DNA of 64,000 bases from a cyanobacterium endosymbiont of Rhopalodia gibba (lineage in GTDB: Bacteria; Cyanobacteriota; Cyanobacteriia; Cyanobacteriales; Microcystaceae): positions 1,152,001 through 1,216,000 of the forward strand of contig CP067995.1 in assembly GCA_045159875.1 (NCBI GenBank), in the 5' to 3' direction. Shown here piece after piece: positions 11,521 through 25,653 of the stretch (positions within the stretch are counted from its first letter, which is position 1; every line of letters begins with the position of its first letter). Both the position numbers and the translations under genes were made by a program. The notes under the pieces were generated by a model, which saw only the letters and a list, made by a program, of their open reading frames with translations, made no database searches and was not told the DNA's origin.

Positions 11521-11749
11521 AAATTATTTTGTATTTTTATATTTAAGGAAATAGAGTTATATTTATAGGCTTGATAATAATTTTGGAAGTTATTCCTCAC
11601 TAATATACCAGACTTAGTATAGAAGAGCTCATTTATATCACTTGAATTGATATTTAATTAGAGTAACTCCTTTAATTAAGACTTTGTTTAACTGCCTTAG
11701 CTAAATTATATTTATCTTCAAACATTTTTATGGAAATTTTATAAACTTT

Positions 11750-12390
11750 TATTTTATGCCATCCTCATTCTATTAGATTTAGTTCTGGACTATAAGTTGG
11801 TGTAAAACAGAGATATTTTTTTTCCATTGTTTTAATTTGGTTTTAACTAAACCACTTTTTCGGATCTGCTCTATTTTTTTAGCCTAATCTACCTCTCAAG
11901 CTAAAATTTTTTTATCTTTTTAATTTTTCTTGTTGATGGACGAACTCTCATATTTACTTTCTTCTTTTTTCATTATCAGTCTTTTTTTTAAGAATTTTAC
12001 GGATTATTCTAAGAGTTAATTTAACTTTTACTTCTTTTTTTAAAATCTTAAATATTGTCTAACTATTACAAGTTAATTTATTTTTTTTAGAGCTATTTAA
12101 GGTATTTTATACTTTTTAGATTAAAGTTCTTTTTCTTTTACTTCTTGGAGAATCCCATTATTTTTCTAGTCATTAAATAATTAATGATAAAGTTGTTCTT
12201 CTAATTTAATTTTATGATAGTTTCACTAAATCTACAATTCCTATAACTTTTTATCCTCTTGTATTTAAATACAACATCTCTACTCTGATTCTCGTTCTGG
12301 TAAAAATTTTTAGGTCGCAAGTTGACTTTAATAATTCTTACTTTTCTAATAGATAGAAAAGTGATTAAGAAGATAGTTGACACCATTCAT
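11750..12390 (-). mobile_element. Degraded IS630-family relic, copy B
   Basis: Homologous to 5340-5950 in inverted orientation; ends approximate. Confidence 0.6.
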
Positions 12391-12588
12391 GTTAAGTTTT
12401 TCATAAATGGCTATCATACAAAACTAGCCAATAATTAATTTATCGTTAATAACATTAAAGTAGTAAAGAACATTTGTTCAAAGTTTTTAGGGTTTTTAAA
12501 ATCATCACAATAAATGAAATATTCAAAAATAGATGATTACAATCTTCTGAAGAATAGAAATTATTAGGCTCAGGACAAGTCATTACAA

Positions 12589-12618
12589 CTGATATTTATT
12601 CAGCTCAATAAATATCAG
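12589..12618 (-). terminator. Hairpin downstream of accB, probable terminator
   Basis: ctgatatttatt-cagctc-aataaatatcag, about 50 bp after the accB stop. Confidence 0.6.
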
Positions 12619-12666
12619 GTTATGTCATCATTGTCCTAATAGTCAGTTTTTTAAACCTCTTAAAAA

Positions 12667-13161
12667 TTAGCTAGGATTAATCCACATTAAAGTTTGTCCA
12701 TATTCTACAGGTTCCCCATTAGTGATCACAATTTCCATGACCTCTCCGGCTACTTCTGCGTCAATGTCATTCATCAACTTCATCGCTTCAACAATACAAA
12801 CCGTTTGGCCGTTACTAATGTAGTCACCCACCTCGACAAAAGGGGGCTCATTAGGGGCAGAAGCTCGGTAAAAAGTCCCTACCATGGGAGAAGTAATCTC
12901 TATCCACTTTTTGTCGTCGATAGGAGAAGATACAGAGGGTTTAAGAGGTTCAGATGAAGGGGGTATAGTAGAAGTTTCCGCCGTTACGAGAGAAGGGTGA
13001 ACGGTCGCCGGAGGAGATAACACAGTTGACGGAACCGGAATGTTGCTGTTTCCCCGACGTACTGTCAGTTCAAAAGTTTCAGTTTTTAGGGTAACTTCTG
13101 CAATATCTGTTTGAGAGATCGCTCCTAACAGTTCTCTAAGTTCATTGAAGTTGATCGACAC
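12667..13161 (-). CDS. accB: Acetyl-CoA carboxylase biotin carboxyl carrier protein
   Basis: SPMVGTFYR and EAMKLMN biotinylation motif; downstream of efp. Confidence 0.97.
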   Translation of the reverse strand: MSINFNELRELLGAISQTDIAEVTLKTETFELTVRRGNSNIPVPSTVLSPPATVHPSLVTAETSTIPPSSEPLKPSVSSPIDDKKWIEITSPMVGTFYRASAPNEPPFVEVGDYISNGQTVCIVEAMKLMNDIDAEVAGEVMEIVITNGEPVEYGQTLMWINPS

Positions 13162-13245
13162 AAATCATCCATCCCATAAAGTTAATAGAAGGGCAGTTAT
13201 CCAAATTACGACAACCGACACAGGGTAAATTCAAATATTTTCAAT

Positions 13246-13803
13246 TTATGTCCGTCCTAAATAGGAGCCGTCGCGGGTATCTACTTTAATTTTTTCCCCA
13301 ATCGAAATAAACAGAGGAACCATAACTTGCGTTCCTGTTTCAAGGATAGCTGGTTTTGTACCACCGGTTGCCGTATCTCCCTTAACCCCTGGATCGGTGT
13401 CAATTACTTCTAACATCACCGATATTGGAAGTTGAACTTCCAACACCTGATCGTTCCAGAAAAGTATATCAGCCTCCATTTCTTCTTTGATGTAATTGAC
13501 GGCTGTTCCCATCTGTTCTGGAGTTAAGCGCGCTTCCTCAAAGGTTTGCATATCCATAAAGACGTATTGTCCACCATCTTTATAGGTATGTTGCATGGTG
13601 TGTTTTTCCAAGTTGGCTGAGGGGAGGGTTTCCCCAGCACGAAAAGTACGTTCCACAACGCTTCCAGTTTGTGCATTTTTTAATTTAGTTCGCACAAACG
13701 CTGACCCCTTACCAGGTTTAACGTGTAGAAATTCTATAACACGCCATACTGTTCCATCTAATTCAATAGTGGTACCCGTCCGAAAATCATTACTAGAAAT
13801 CAT
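13246..13803 (-). CDS. efp: Elongation factor P
   Basis: [27 protein letters not shown]. Confidence 0.98.
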   Translation of the reverse strand: MISSNDFRTGTTIELDGTVWRVIEFLHVKPGKGSAFVRTKLKNAQTGSVVERTFRAGETLPSANLEKHTMQHTYKDGGQYVFMDMQTFEEARLTPEQMGTAVNYIKEEMEADILFWNDQVLEVQLPISVMLEVIDTDPGVKGDTATGGTKPAILETGTQVMVPLFISIGEKIKVDTRDGSYLGRT

Positions 13804-13856
13804 GAAATGCTTTGAGAGCCTAGAAATGTCAAAATTAATTGTACAAGAAATTGGAA

Positions 13857-15512
<1,656 letters not shown>

Positions 15513-15597
15513 TTACACAACTATGGCGAACGTCACTATCTCACCGGATATTTTAACCTGTTGTCTGGGGTTGAAAACCTAGGACCCCCATTTTTAG

Positions 15598-15634
15598 GTG
15601 ATAAAACTCACACATTATCTGTGAGTTTTATCAC
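15598..15634. repeat. Perfect inverted repeat, 15-bp arms, 7-nt spacer, upstream of pyrG
   Basis: gtgataaaactcaca-cattatc-tgtgagttttatcac. Confidence 0.92.
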
Positions 15635-16559
15635 TTATTTTTCTAAAAACTCAGACAACAATCCTATTGTTCAAAACAAAATAAATTGATTGTTTTAAGT
15701 ATTTGTATAGATAGCCAAACTTAAAAATTCTAAAAAAACAAAAGTACTTATAAGTAAATTGATATCCTCATATGGTAGTTAGTTTTCATTCTATCAAGTA
15801 AATAAACTGATCATTATTAATGATAATATAAACCCACTCATAAATTTTCAAGAAACATTTAAAATTACATTAAGAATAGTAAAAACTTAAGTAAGTACCT
15901 TCAACCAGGTTAACAGTCAATATAAGAGTGGCTATCATGTTTCAAAATCTAGAAGTCATAGAACTGAGTTAACGATGTTAAGCTTGTTGAAGAAGTTTTT
16001 AAAATCCTCAATTACTTCAATTAGATTTGAATTTAATCAATCTAAAGAAATGCTGATTTTAGTAGAGCTAATCTCCCAATAAAAATTTTACAAAAGTTTT
16101 TTAACCTAAAATCTTAAAAAAAGAAAAGAGAAAATTAACTATAAAACTCTTATTAAGATAAAAAATGTTGAATTTAATTTAATTTTAAGAATTATTTTTT
16201 AAAGTTACTTGTTTAAGTAAAAGCTAATCTAACTAAAACATACAAAATATTCAGTATTTTAGTCAAACTAAGCTTAAACATTAATTTAATTAGATTCAAG
16301 TAGTAATCATAAAAATTAAAAACAACAAATTAAATTAATTAAATCTATCAAAGAAGTTACTCAGTTTTTTTTGTGGCTAAAGTAAAAGCAATTAATATTA
16401 AGCAGTTATTAATATTTTTAGTTATGTCAGTAATCTAAGTGATCTAAGTGATTATTTTTTTTAGATAAAAATATTGTATTTATAATTTAGTTGCGAATTT
16501 TATTAATTTACTCATTAAAATTATGGACTTATAAGATAAGGCTAAATTATCTTGTTATA

Positions 16560-17080
16560 GAGAATCTTAGGGGATGGGCATAAAGATAATTTATTTGCAT
16601 TAAAACTCGTCATCAAAACATCATAAAATTGTTATTTTCTTGAACAGCTATTTAGTAACAAAAATAGTATTTTCGAGGCAGCTCAACGGCTTCTTTTACC
16701 ATTTGTAAATAAAAAAGAGTTTCATAGGTAAAATATTATTGTCAGACAATCACCCCAGGAGAAGAACAAAAACTCTTTTATCGGGTAAACTATAAGAAGA
16801 GCAACACGATTATAACCAGCAGTGTTAGCAACCTAAATTAACAACATCCAGTCCCCACTGCTCAAAAACTGTCCGTGTAAAAATCGTGTTGATATTAACG
16901 TCTCCGTATCTAGCATCTAAAATAATGAGGATATCTTGGGGAACATTGGCGATGACTTTAACTAATGCTGATAAATCTGATACCTCTAATCTTTCATAAA
17001 ATCCGAGATTCAGTTTATAGTTATGTACTAAGCTAAAGCTTTTAAAGCTAGTTGATTTTAGTTAATCTGCGTAATTGTTT
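16560..17080 (-). pseudogene. pyrF: Orotidine-5'-phosphate decarboxylase pseudogene (probably the cyanobacterial bifunctional PyrF/PyrE type)
   Basis: LVHNYKLNLGFYERLEVSDLSALVKVIANVPQDILIILDARYGDVNINTIFTRTVFEQWGLDVVNLGC* then AGYNRVALLIVYP; resembles IILDAKHGDLNTSTIFA..FEQW; ends approximate. Confidence 0.8.
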
Positions 17081-18130
17081 AATAGATACCTTATTAGTAA
17101 ATCTATATTTTTAGAATCAAATGTTATTTTTAAGTCCAGTGTAAGTCTCACACTCAGTTAATTTTGATATTTAGCAATTACTTAGTTCAATTTCTAAAAA
17201 ATATCATGATTAGCTTGAAGTATAGATAGTAATCAATAAGAAGGTGAGGAAATCTTTTGAATAAGGCTCAATTATTTTTACAGCTTAATTTAAATTAGAA
17301 AAATTTAAATTAATAATATTTCCCTTACTTATATCATTTGTTGTGTTTTCCATTACATATTTATATTTAAAGAAAATAATTATAAACTCTTAGAAATTAA
17401 ATTAGAATTAAAAGTATTGCGTTATTAATCTAAAATACTAGATCATATAGTATGATGGTAGAAGCTAAAACTTCCTTTTGATAAGCTTTTAGTTTATTTT
17501 TGAAAGCTGAGTTTAACGAGTCTTTTTAAGACTATTTAATATATTAATTGAACATATTTAAATAATATCTAATATGTAGAGTAAAGACTGTAATAAGCTT
17601 TTAGTTTTTTTTTGAAAAAAGGAATATTAAATCTTTACTAGATTCATCACAGTTTACCCCCATGGGTTGAATTAAACCTTGAATGGTCAATTCTATAACT
17701 GTTTATATTTATATCTTCTTTTCCATTTTATCGTTAGTCACCTAAAATCAATAACTATTATTTCGAGAATCTTTACTTTCGGAATAAAAATTTATAGATA
17801 ATATTTCTTACGGTGGAGTGAGTTATAATGCGTGGGTTCGAGCTTAGGAGTTAGGCATTATTATTTGTTCAACGATAGGATCAAGTTGTTGTACTATGAT
17901 GCTTTTTGGAAGTTTTTCATAGATTTCCTTGAGTTGGACTCAGCTTATTAAGCAACTTGTCATCTTCATAATGGTATAGAAAACTCCACCCTCAATATTT
18001 TGAGACAGCCTAGGCTAGATATACTAGTTTAAAATGAAAAGTAACATCTTCCTCACCAGTTGCGCAGGCGTACAGTGTGGGTTTCTTAATTTTCACTATT
18101 GGGCATTCCTATTAAGCAAATCTTACAGAT

Positions 18131-19156
18131 ATGGACTTAATTACCCTACAAAATTTCCTTGACAATACTTCATTTTTAATATTGTTCTTCACCATGCTCA
18201 TTTATTGGACAGGGGCAGCCTTTCAAGAGGTTTCTGTTTTACCTACTTTGGGAGCAACAGGGATAACAATGGCTAATCTGTCAATGGCTGCATTATTAGC
18301 AGCCCGTTGGATCGAAGGAGGTTATTTTCCGTTAAGCAACCTCTATGAATCTTTATTTTTCCTTGCTTGGGGCATAACAACTGTTCATCTGATGGCTGAG
18401 AAAATGAGTCGTAGTGGGTTAGTCGGGGTGGTAACAACCCCTGTAACGATGGCCATTACTGCCTTTGCTACGTTATCTTTACCAGCAGATATGCAGACTT
18501 CAGCTCCTTTAGTTCCTGCCCTTAAGTCTAACTGGTTAATGATGCACGTTAGCGTTATGATGCTCAGTTATGCTACTTTGATGGTCGGTTCAGTGCTGGC
18601 GATCACTTTTTTAATAGTCACCTGTGGACAAGATGTAGAATTACGGGGAAGTTCAGTCGGGACAGGGAGTTATCGCCATAAGCTAAACCGTCTACAACTT
18701 TCCAAAATTGATAATAACGGAAAAGTTCCTGTGACGACAATGGCTGACCAAAATGGTAGTGAAAAAACAGCAATTCTTGATCGCGTAGACTCTCAGGCTT
18801 TAGCGGCTGATCTACATCTTTTATCCCTCCAAAAGCTAAGTCTAGCTGATGTCCTAGATAACATTAGTTATCGTATCATTGGGTTAGGTTTCCCGTTACT
18901 TACTATTGGTATTATTGCGGGGGCAGTTTGGGCTAATGAGGTTTGGGGATCATATTGGAGTTGGGACCCTAAAGAAACTTGGGCGTTAATTACCTGGTTA
19001 GTGTTTGCTGCTTATCTTCATTCTCGCATTACTCGCGGTTGGCAAGGGCGCAAGCCCGCTGTTTTAGCAGCTAGTGGTTTTATTGTAGTCTGGGTTTGCT
19101 ATTTAGGAGTTAATTTATTAGGCAAGGGTTTACATTCCTATGGTTGGTTCTTTTGA
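18131..19156 (+). CDS. ccsA: c-type cytochrome biogenesis protein CcsA (CcsB)
   Basis: [33 protein letters not shown] (WWD domain). Confidence 0.97.
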   Translation: MDLITLQNFLDNTSFLILFFTMLIYWTGAAFQEVSVLPTLGATGITMANLSMAALLAARWIEGGYFPLSNLYESLFFLAWGITTVHLMAEKMSRSGLVGVVTTPVTMAITAFATLSLPADMQTSAPLVPALKSNWLMMHVSVMMLSYATLMVGSVLAITFLIVTCGQDVELRGSSVGTGSYRHKLNRLQLSKIDNNGKVPVTTMADQNGSEKTAILDRVDSQALAADLHLLSLQKLSLADVLDNISYRIIGLGFPLLTIGIIAGAVWANEVWGSYWSWDPKETWALITWLVFAAYLHSRITRGWQGRKPAVLAASGFIVVWVCYLGVNLLGKGLHSYGWFF

Positions 19157-20743
19157 TAAACAGTAAAGAGTGAATTTTCAGGCAGTTAATCATCTTAATT
19201 GTATGATTTAGTTATTCATTTCAATCATTTTAAAAATGAGGGACTCTGAGGTGCCATGACTTTACAAGTATTTAAGTTGAGTCCGAACGATGACGACTAC
19301 CGGTACTTATAATTTATTTAGTCTTAGTCGTAAATAAGACCTCCTTAGGTTGTAGCTGACGCAATATATTAAGCTTAATTTCTAATGTCAGGGGTAAATC
19401 AGAGATATAAATAATCAGTAAGTTGAAGTTTAAGCAGATGGATTAGAGAAAGACTCTCTTTAATTAGAGCAGAACAACTTGAATTTTGTAGAACAATTAC
19501 TAAGACAAGATAACAATGCTTCTCTATAAGAACTAAGTACTTGTTTACTCATTAAAAACTATTGGTAGAGAATTAAAAAATATTTACCAACTCGAGAATC
19601 CTAGAACTTTAGAGATCTCAATCAAGTGATTGATTGATTAACAGATGAAAATATAATCGCTAGTTTACATACTGCTATTATTATTAGCTACTTAATTTTA
19701 GAAAGCTATTAGTTAAGCCGAACCTACAGACATGTTTTTTAATCCATTGTATAGCAATCATAAAGGGGCATGTAGTAGGAGTTAGACCTTAACAGGTAAA
19801 GCGTTTAAAAAGAGACTACGATAGTAGTTAATCGCTAAAAATAAAGAGTAGAGAACTGATAAAACAGAAAAATTGATAAAAACAACAAATAGTTATTGGA
19901 ACTATTACAAAAAAATCAGCAGACAAGTGTTATTTGGTCTTTGTATTTAATTGCTAATTTTTAATATTTATGAGATGATTGTTTATCTAAAATATTTGGC
20001 GACTTATCTTATAAACAAAAAATAAGTTTGATGATAGGAATAAAAAAAATGAGGATTTTCAAAAAAAAGGAGTAACAGTCCTTTAAAAGGATAGAGGAGA
20101 ATGGGATAGTTTTTCATTGAAAATAACTATTGATATTTTTTTGAAAAAACGATATCATTACGATATAAAATTTTATTTTGCTAAGATAATAAAATCTTAA
20201 ATGAAGTTAATGAAAGTCTATTTTTTGTGCTTTAAAACATTAATTACGTTACTTAGTATTTCTATTAATATAGAATTTTAAAATAATTAGGTTTAATCAA
20301 TAAAATTGTGCTTAAAAATAAGGTATTTAGAATGAATTTAATTAAGTTAGATTTAATGAAAACTAAAGAGTAAATTAGTAATTGGTATTAAACCCAAAGA
20401 AAATTAGAGCTTGAATTTAATAGTGATTTTACTTAAAAGCATTTGAAATAAAATTTAGTCCTCTTATTAGTCTTAGTGTATTTAAGGTATTTGGTGATTA
20501 TTGAGTGATCTTGAGTTAGTTCAAATACATAGCGATTGCTTTACTCATTTAAGACAATACATATTTATTGTAATTTGTCAGTGCTTAACTGCTATAAGTA
20601 TAACAATCATTAACGAATTACTAATGAGCTAGATTCAACCAGTCCAACCTAGATAGAGGATTTTACCCAAAAATTGGGTTAGAATTTTAAACAGGACATT
20701 GCAACAATATACACCTACACAAAATGTTTTTAGAGAGGAGCGT

Positions 20744-22219
20744 ATGGACATTCGTGGGATAAAAACACCACTATTGAATTGGACTGGAGATGCCTTAGCG
20801 TTGGGTCTCTTTGAAGATGCTATGGAATTAACAGAGACCTTAGAGAAATTAGATGAGAAATTAAGCGGAACTTTACGAGAATTAATTACAGAAACAGAAT
20901 TCGAAGGAAAATCTAGTAATAATGCAGTGACTCGTATTGGTAGTGGTAGTCCTGTTCGAAAGATAATCTTAGTGGGATTAGGAAAAACAGAAGATTTAAC
21001 CTTAGATACCGTTAGATTGGGGGCTGCAACCATTGCCCGTCTTGCTAAAAAAGCTAATGTTAAAACTCTGGGTATTAACCTTCCGGTGGTTAATGATGAT
21101 GCAGCAATTACAGTTAGTGCGATTACGCAAGGAATCATATTACCCCTGCATCAAGATAACCGTTTTAAGTCCGAACCAGAAAAAAATGAACTTAAACTTG
21201 AAAAAGTAGAGATTTTAGGCTGCGGGGAACAGCAAGAAGCCATAAATCAAGCACAGAACCTTTGTTCCGGGGTTATCCTAGCACGGGAATTAGTGGCTGC
21301 CCCCGCTAACAGTCTCACCCCTGTTACTTTTGCTGAAATTGCCCAAACTATTGCCAAGGACCACGGACTTGATATTAAAATTTTAGAGCGTGAAGAGTGC
21401 GAAAATTTAGGGATGGGAGCCTTTTTAGGGGTTGCCCAAGCCTCTGATTATCCTCCGAAATTCATTCACTTAACCTATAATCCGTCCAAGACTCCTCAGA
21501 AAAAACTGGCTATTGTCGGTAAAAGCCTAACCTTTGATTCTGGAGGACTTAACCTTAAAGGATCAGGGAGTGGTATTGAAACCATGAAAATGGACATGGG
21601 GGGTGGGGCAGCCACCCTAGGAGCGGCCAAAGTAATCGGTCAATTAAAACCTGATGTGGAAGTTCATTTTATCTGTGCGGTAACCGAAAATATGATTAGT
21701 GGTCGCGCTATGCACCCTGGAGATATCCTAACCGCTTCTAATGGGAAAACCATCGAGGTGAATAATACTGATGCAGAAGGACGATTAACTCTGGCAGATG
21801 CTTTGGTATTTGCTGAAAAATTAGGTGTGGATGCGATTGTTGATTTAGCAACCTTGACAGGGGCTTGTGTTGTAGCGTTAGGGGACAATATTTCAGGGCT
21901 ATGGAGTACTGATGAAACTTTAGCTACTCAAATCAAGAAAGCTGGAGCCATGGCAGGGGAAAAAGTCTGGGAAATGCCCCTAGAAGAAAAGTATTTTGAG
22001 GGGTTGAAATCTCTCATTGCAGACATGAAAAATACAGGACCTCATGCTGGTGGAGCAATCACCGCAGCCTTGTTCCTTAAACAGTTTATTAAGGAAACTC
22101 CTTGGGCACATCTTGATATAGCAGGACCTGTTTGGCTAGATAAAGAAGATGGAATCAATAATTCTGGGGCGACTGGGTTTCCAGTACAAACTCTAGTTCA
22201 TTGGGTCTTAAATCAGTAG
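20744..22219 (+). CDS. pepA: Leucyl aminopeptidase (M17)
   Basis: [23 protein letters not shown] 20744 preceded by GAGGAG. Confidence 0.96.
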   Translation: MDIRGIKTPLLNWTGDALALGLFEDAMELTETLEKLDEKLSGTLRELITETEFEGKSSNNAVTRIGSGSPVRKIILVGLGKTEDLTLDTVRLGAATIARLAKKANVKTLGINLPVVNDDAAITVSAITQGIILPLHQDNRFKSEPEKNELKLEKVEILGCGEQQEAINQAQNLCSGVILARELVAAPANSLTPVTFAEIAQTIAKDHGLDIKILEREECENLGMGAFLGVAQASDYPPKFIHLTYNPSKTPQKKLAIVGKSLTFDSGGLNLKGSGSGIETMKMDMGGGAATLGAAKVIGQLKPDVEVHFICAVTENMISGRAMHPGDILTASNGKTIEVNNTDAEGRLTLADALVFAEKLGVDAIVDLATLTGACVVALGDNISGLWSTDETLATQIKKAGAMAGEKVWEMPLEEKYFEGLKSLIADMKNTGPHAGGAITAALFLKQFIKETPWAHLDIAGPVWLDKEDGINNSGATGFPVQTLVHWVLNQ

Positions 22220-22241
22220 AAAATCAGCCAAACAAACTATT

Positions 22242-22261
22242 AAGTCCCGCTGCAGGGACTT
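22242..22261 (+). terminator. Intrinsic terminator-like hairpin after pepA
   Basis: aagtccc-gctgca-gggactt followed by TTATA. Confidence 0.6.
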
Positions 22262-22279
22262 TATAAATAACTAGACGAT

Positions 22280-22670
22280 CTTTAAAAAGGTTTGCTACTA
22301 AATAAACTTTTTTTAGGTTTGCTCAGGCTAGGTTAGCATTGTGTAAGTTAGCATACGTCAGGTCTGCCTTATTTAAGTTAACCCCTGTCAGGTTTACACC
22401 TGTAAAATTCACACTAATCCTGTCAAGTTTATCCCTACTAGATTATAGTGACACATGTCAAAATCTTTTAGGTTAGCTTGGGCTAAATAAGCTACGTTCA
22501 AATCTATTTTCTTCCAAAAAGCACCATTCAAGTCAACATGGGTAAGATTAATTCTTTGTAAATTTAGTCCCGCTAAGTAAACTTAATTTAAGATATCGTG
22601 AATTTGTCAGATTGCGAATAATGTTCTCACTTTTATAGTTTTTCCCTCCTTGCATATTTATAGGTTTCAT
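22280..22670 (-). pseudogene. Pentapeptide-repeat protein pseudogene
   Basis: NFTGVNLTGVNLNKADLTYANLHNANLA*AN with stops; ends approximate. Confidence 0.8.
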
Positions 22671-22894
22671 TTTCTCTTAAATTAATAACAAAGGAAAATT
22701 TTTTCGGATAACACTTAAGTCTAATTTCAATTAGAATCTAACTATTTAGATGATTTAATTCTAAATTAATTCGATTTAAAAGGAGTTTAACAAAACTCAT
22801 CTAGTTTACGAGGTTGAGCTAATAAGACTTTATGTTTCTACCAGTATAAGTTTATAAAAAAATCTCGATTTTCTTATAAAAAAGTAATGATAGT

Positions 22895-23107
22895 ATGGGA
22901 AAAAATAATTGTTATTTGTCCATTTCTTTAGACAAAGTGAATCATATTAACTTACAGTGTGTTGATCGTTTGACTATGGCTTATCCTATTGAAGGAATAG
23001 TGCCATTTTTAGACCTCAAAATAATTAAATTAGGACAAAGAATTCCGGCTCATTTTAAGTTAAGGGGCAAGCCACCAGTTAAAAAATAGATTTCAAGAAA
23101 AGCATTC
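22895..23107 (+). pseudogene. Asparagine synthase (AsnB-like) C-terminal fragment
   Basis: LQCVDRLTMAYPIEGIVPFLDLK...KPPVKK*ISRKAF resembles DRxxMAxSxExRVPFLD...EKWILRKAF. Confidence 0.8.
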
Positions 23108-24596
23108 ACCACTAGTTGGTTCAGAAACCAGTGTTGACATATTTACATATACCCGACGACCCACATAACGTTAATACATTCCTAAGGCACAGTCAAGTTT
23201 ATGGGCAGGACTTCTTCCTTCAATTAAACTCGCAATGGTGATCGCCCCTGTATTGACGATGGCATTGTAAGAGCGTTTAGAATTTTTTTTACCTGAATAA
23301 TAGAATTGTAAGCATCTCCCGTGGGCTCCACATCCACTTTTGTTAAAATACGTTGTCTTCCATGATCTTCTAAGTCCATATCATAGACAAAACTTTAGAA
23401 ATCGGTTGAATTAAAAAGGGTTTTTTCCAATCACCCACTATATAAACTTGCCCATCAACTATTGCTAAACAAATCGCAAACTAATCAGCATCAATCTCAA
23501 ATAAATTGGGTTCACTTACATAAATTCTACCTTGACTTAACGGCAAACATTTTTCATAGATACTTTATAAAAAAGGATATAGGGATAGTTTATGAAGTAA
23601 GAAAATAAATAAAGATTTCTGTTTTCTATCTAATGAGCTTTCAGGACTAGCAGTGTTAAAATTATTTAGCTGAAAGCTCTTCGAAAATTTTCACCCCTCG
23701 TACACTTTTGTTATGTTCTCCAAGAGGAGGAGAAAAGGCAGCAATAATAGCTCCTGATAATCCACTTTTGGCTGGCAAACCTACTTTATAAGCCCATTGT
23801 CCCAAAAATTCATAAAAGCCACTAGTAAACATCACACTCATTAGATGCTTAGTGTACTTTCCATCAAGAGCTTGTTCTCCTGTAATAGTATTAAGCCCCG
23901 CATTAGCTAACGTGGCAGACATCAAGACTAAATCCTGACAATTAACCATTACAGAACATTGTTGAAAATCAAGATCTAAAACTTCTTCAATATTACCGTC
24001 AATAAGTACAAAATTAAGCATTATATAGACAATAACTCGATTCAAATTATCTTGAGTTTTTTCCAAGAAAATTGATTGATTAACTTACTTCTACTTCTCG
24101 TCTAAAATACCCTTAAAACATTTCAAAGAAACGTTGCTGTCGTTCAAGTAACGTATCTCCTTTTACTAAAACTAGTGGTGACGATTGCGCCAGCATTCAC
24201 CATCGGATTGTATTTACGTTCCTGAATTTCTTGGAGATCGATAATGTCATTAAAAGATTTTCTTGTGAGTTCAACCCCAATTTTATTCAGAACATATTCC
24301 TATACTCAATCTTCTAAGACTATTCCATAAACTAATGGTTTAGCGATCAATTGAATCACAAAGGGGACTTCTGTATCGCCAGCACCATCAATTCGTCCCT
24401 TAGTAGTCAAAATACTAATCTCCAATAGATTGGGATCAATTTATGCTAACTCCCAAATGTAGTTGGCATTTTATCCATTTTTTTCAGGTAAATAACGATC
24501 ATATAAATTTTTGAGAAAAGCCGAGACTGACCCCTTAACCCCTAGTTTGTCAGTGGCTGAGATTGGCTAGGTCTCTGGGTTACTAATGTCTAGCAT
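23108..24596 (-). pseudogene. glsA: Glutaminase pseudogene with two tandem glutaminase domains, 3'-truncated
   Basis: Domain 1: YNPMVNAGAIVTTS, VGLPAKSGLSG; domain 2: LEDHGRQRILTKVDVEPTGDAYNSII, YNAIVNTGAI; many stops and frameshifts. Confidence 0.85.
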
Positions 24597-24759
24597 ATAT
24601 AAATAATCCCCTAATTATCATTATGTTGACCACAGTTTGCTTATCTTTATAAAGATATGAATTAATGAAAAAGATGTTAGACACGGGTAAGCTACTAAAG
24701 AGTTAAGAACTCTCAAGCTATGTATTACCCTTCATCACTGTTGATCAGGAAAAATCTAT

Positions 24760-25585
24760 AAAATCAGCGCAGTTACATGGATTTAAAACTTATACACAAG
24801 CTGTCCAAGAGGAAAAATACGATCTGTATATTGGTAATCTATTTGGCAAATATGATAATGTCCGTATCTATTGGGAAGATCAATTAACCCGAATTGTACT
24901 ACGCCCTTTTTTGAGTGACTTAGTAGACAATCAACGTAAGAATAATCAAGGTATTAGAATTGTTGACTTAGACTGTGGTGTCGGTCAAGGCTATAATATT
25001 TTAACCAAAATTGATCGTCAAAATCTAGACTTAAGTCTACAACATAAGCGAATTTTACCTAGTGATGACCTATTCCTTTTTTTAGGGCTAGATATTGTAT
25101 TGGCCAAGCCATGGTAGAAAAAGGACAGGTTTTGTTTGCCGAATATCCTCACGTCTGATTCAAACAAGCTGACCTAAGTGAAGGACTCGGTGATCTAAAA
25201 ATAACTAAATCCTTTCGAGCTATATTTTTCGTCCTACGGCTCGTTGTCTCACTTAGCCCGAAAGGATTTAGTTAATTCATTACAAGATATTTGTCATCAT
25301 GGTAGGCATGGTAGTTTAGTTGTAATGGACTTAATTGGAAAATATTTGTCTCATAATTGTTTTCTTCCTGAACTTCAAGGATGGGATGGGTTTCCCGAAC
25401 CCTTGCAATTTGGCTTAATGACTATGGCTCTGGTTATCTCAGACGTTGGTTGGATGTGGTATTGTACTCCTCGAGCTAATATTATCGAACTCCAATTAGG
25501 GTATGCTCTTAGCACTTTAGAATATGAAATGCAACAAGGATGGAGTTGTGGTCATGGTTTGATTGCGGTCCTTAGAATTGGTTAG
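24760..25585 (+). pseudogene. Class I SAM-dependent methyltransferase pseudogene
   Basis: GKYDNVRIYWEDQ..., RIVDLDCGVGQG (motif I), FKQADLSEGLG, SYGSLSHL in broken frames. Confidence 0.7.
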
Positions 25586-25595
25586 TTCATAGATA

Positions 25596-25632
25596 AAAGT
25601 AGGGCTTAATGAATTATATTAAGCTCTACTTT
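25596..25632. terminator. Probable bidirectional terminator between convergent genes
   Basis: aaagtagggcttaat-gaattat-attaagctctacttt. Confidence 0.65.
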
Positions 25633-25653
25633 AAACGGTTGATTCTTTAGAAA

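Noticed and set aside
19240..19400. GC-richer patch with small hairpin (gtctta/taagac), possible ncRNA
   Set aside because: No recognisable RNA family; stem too short
19900..20250. Possible IS701-family relic (EENGIV-like fragment)
   Set aside because: One short motif in AT-rich sequence is insufficient
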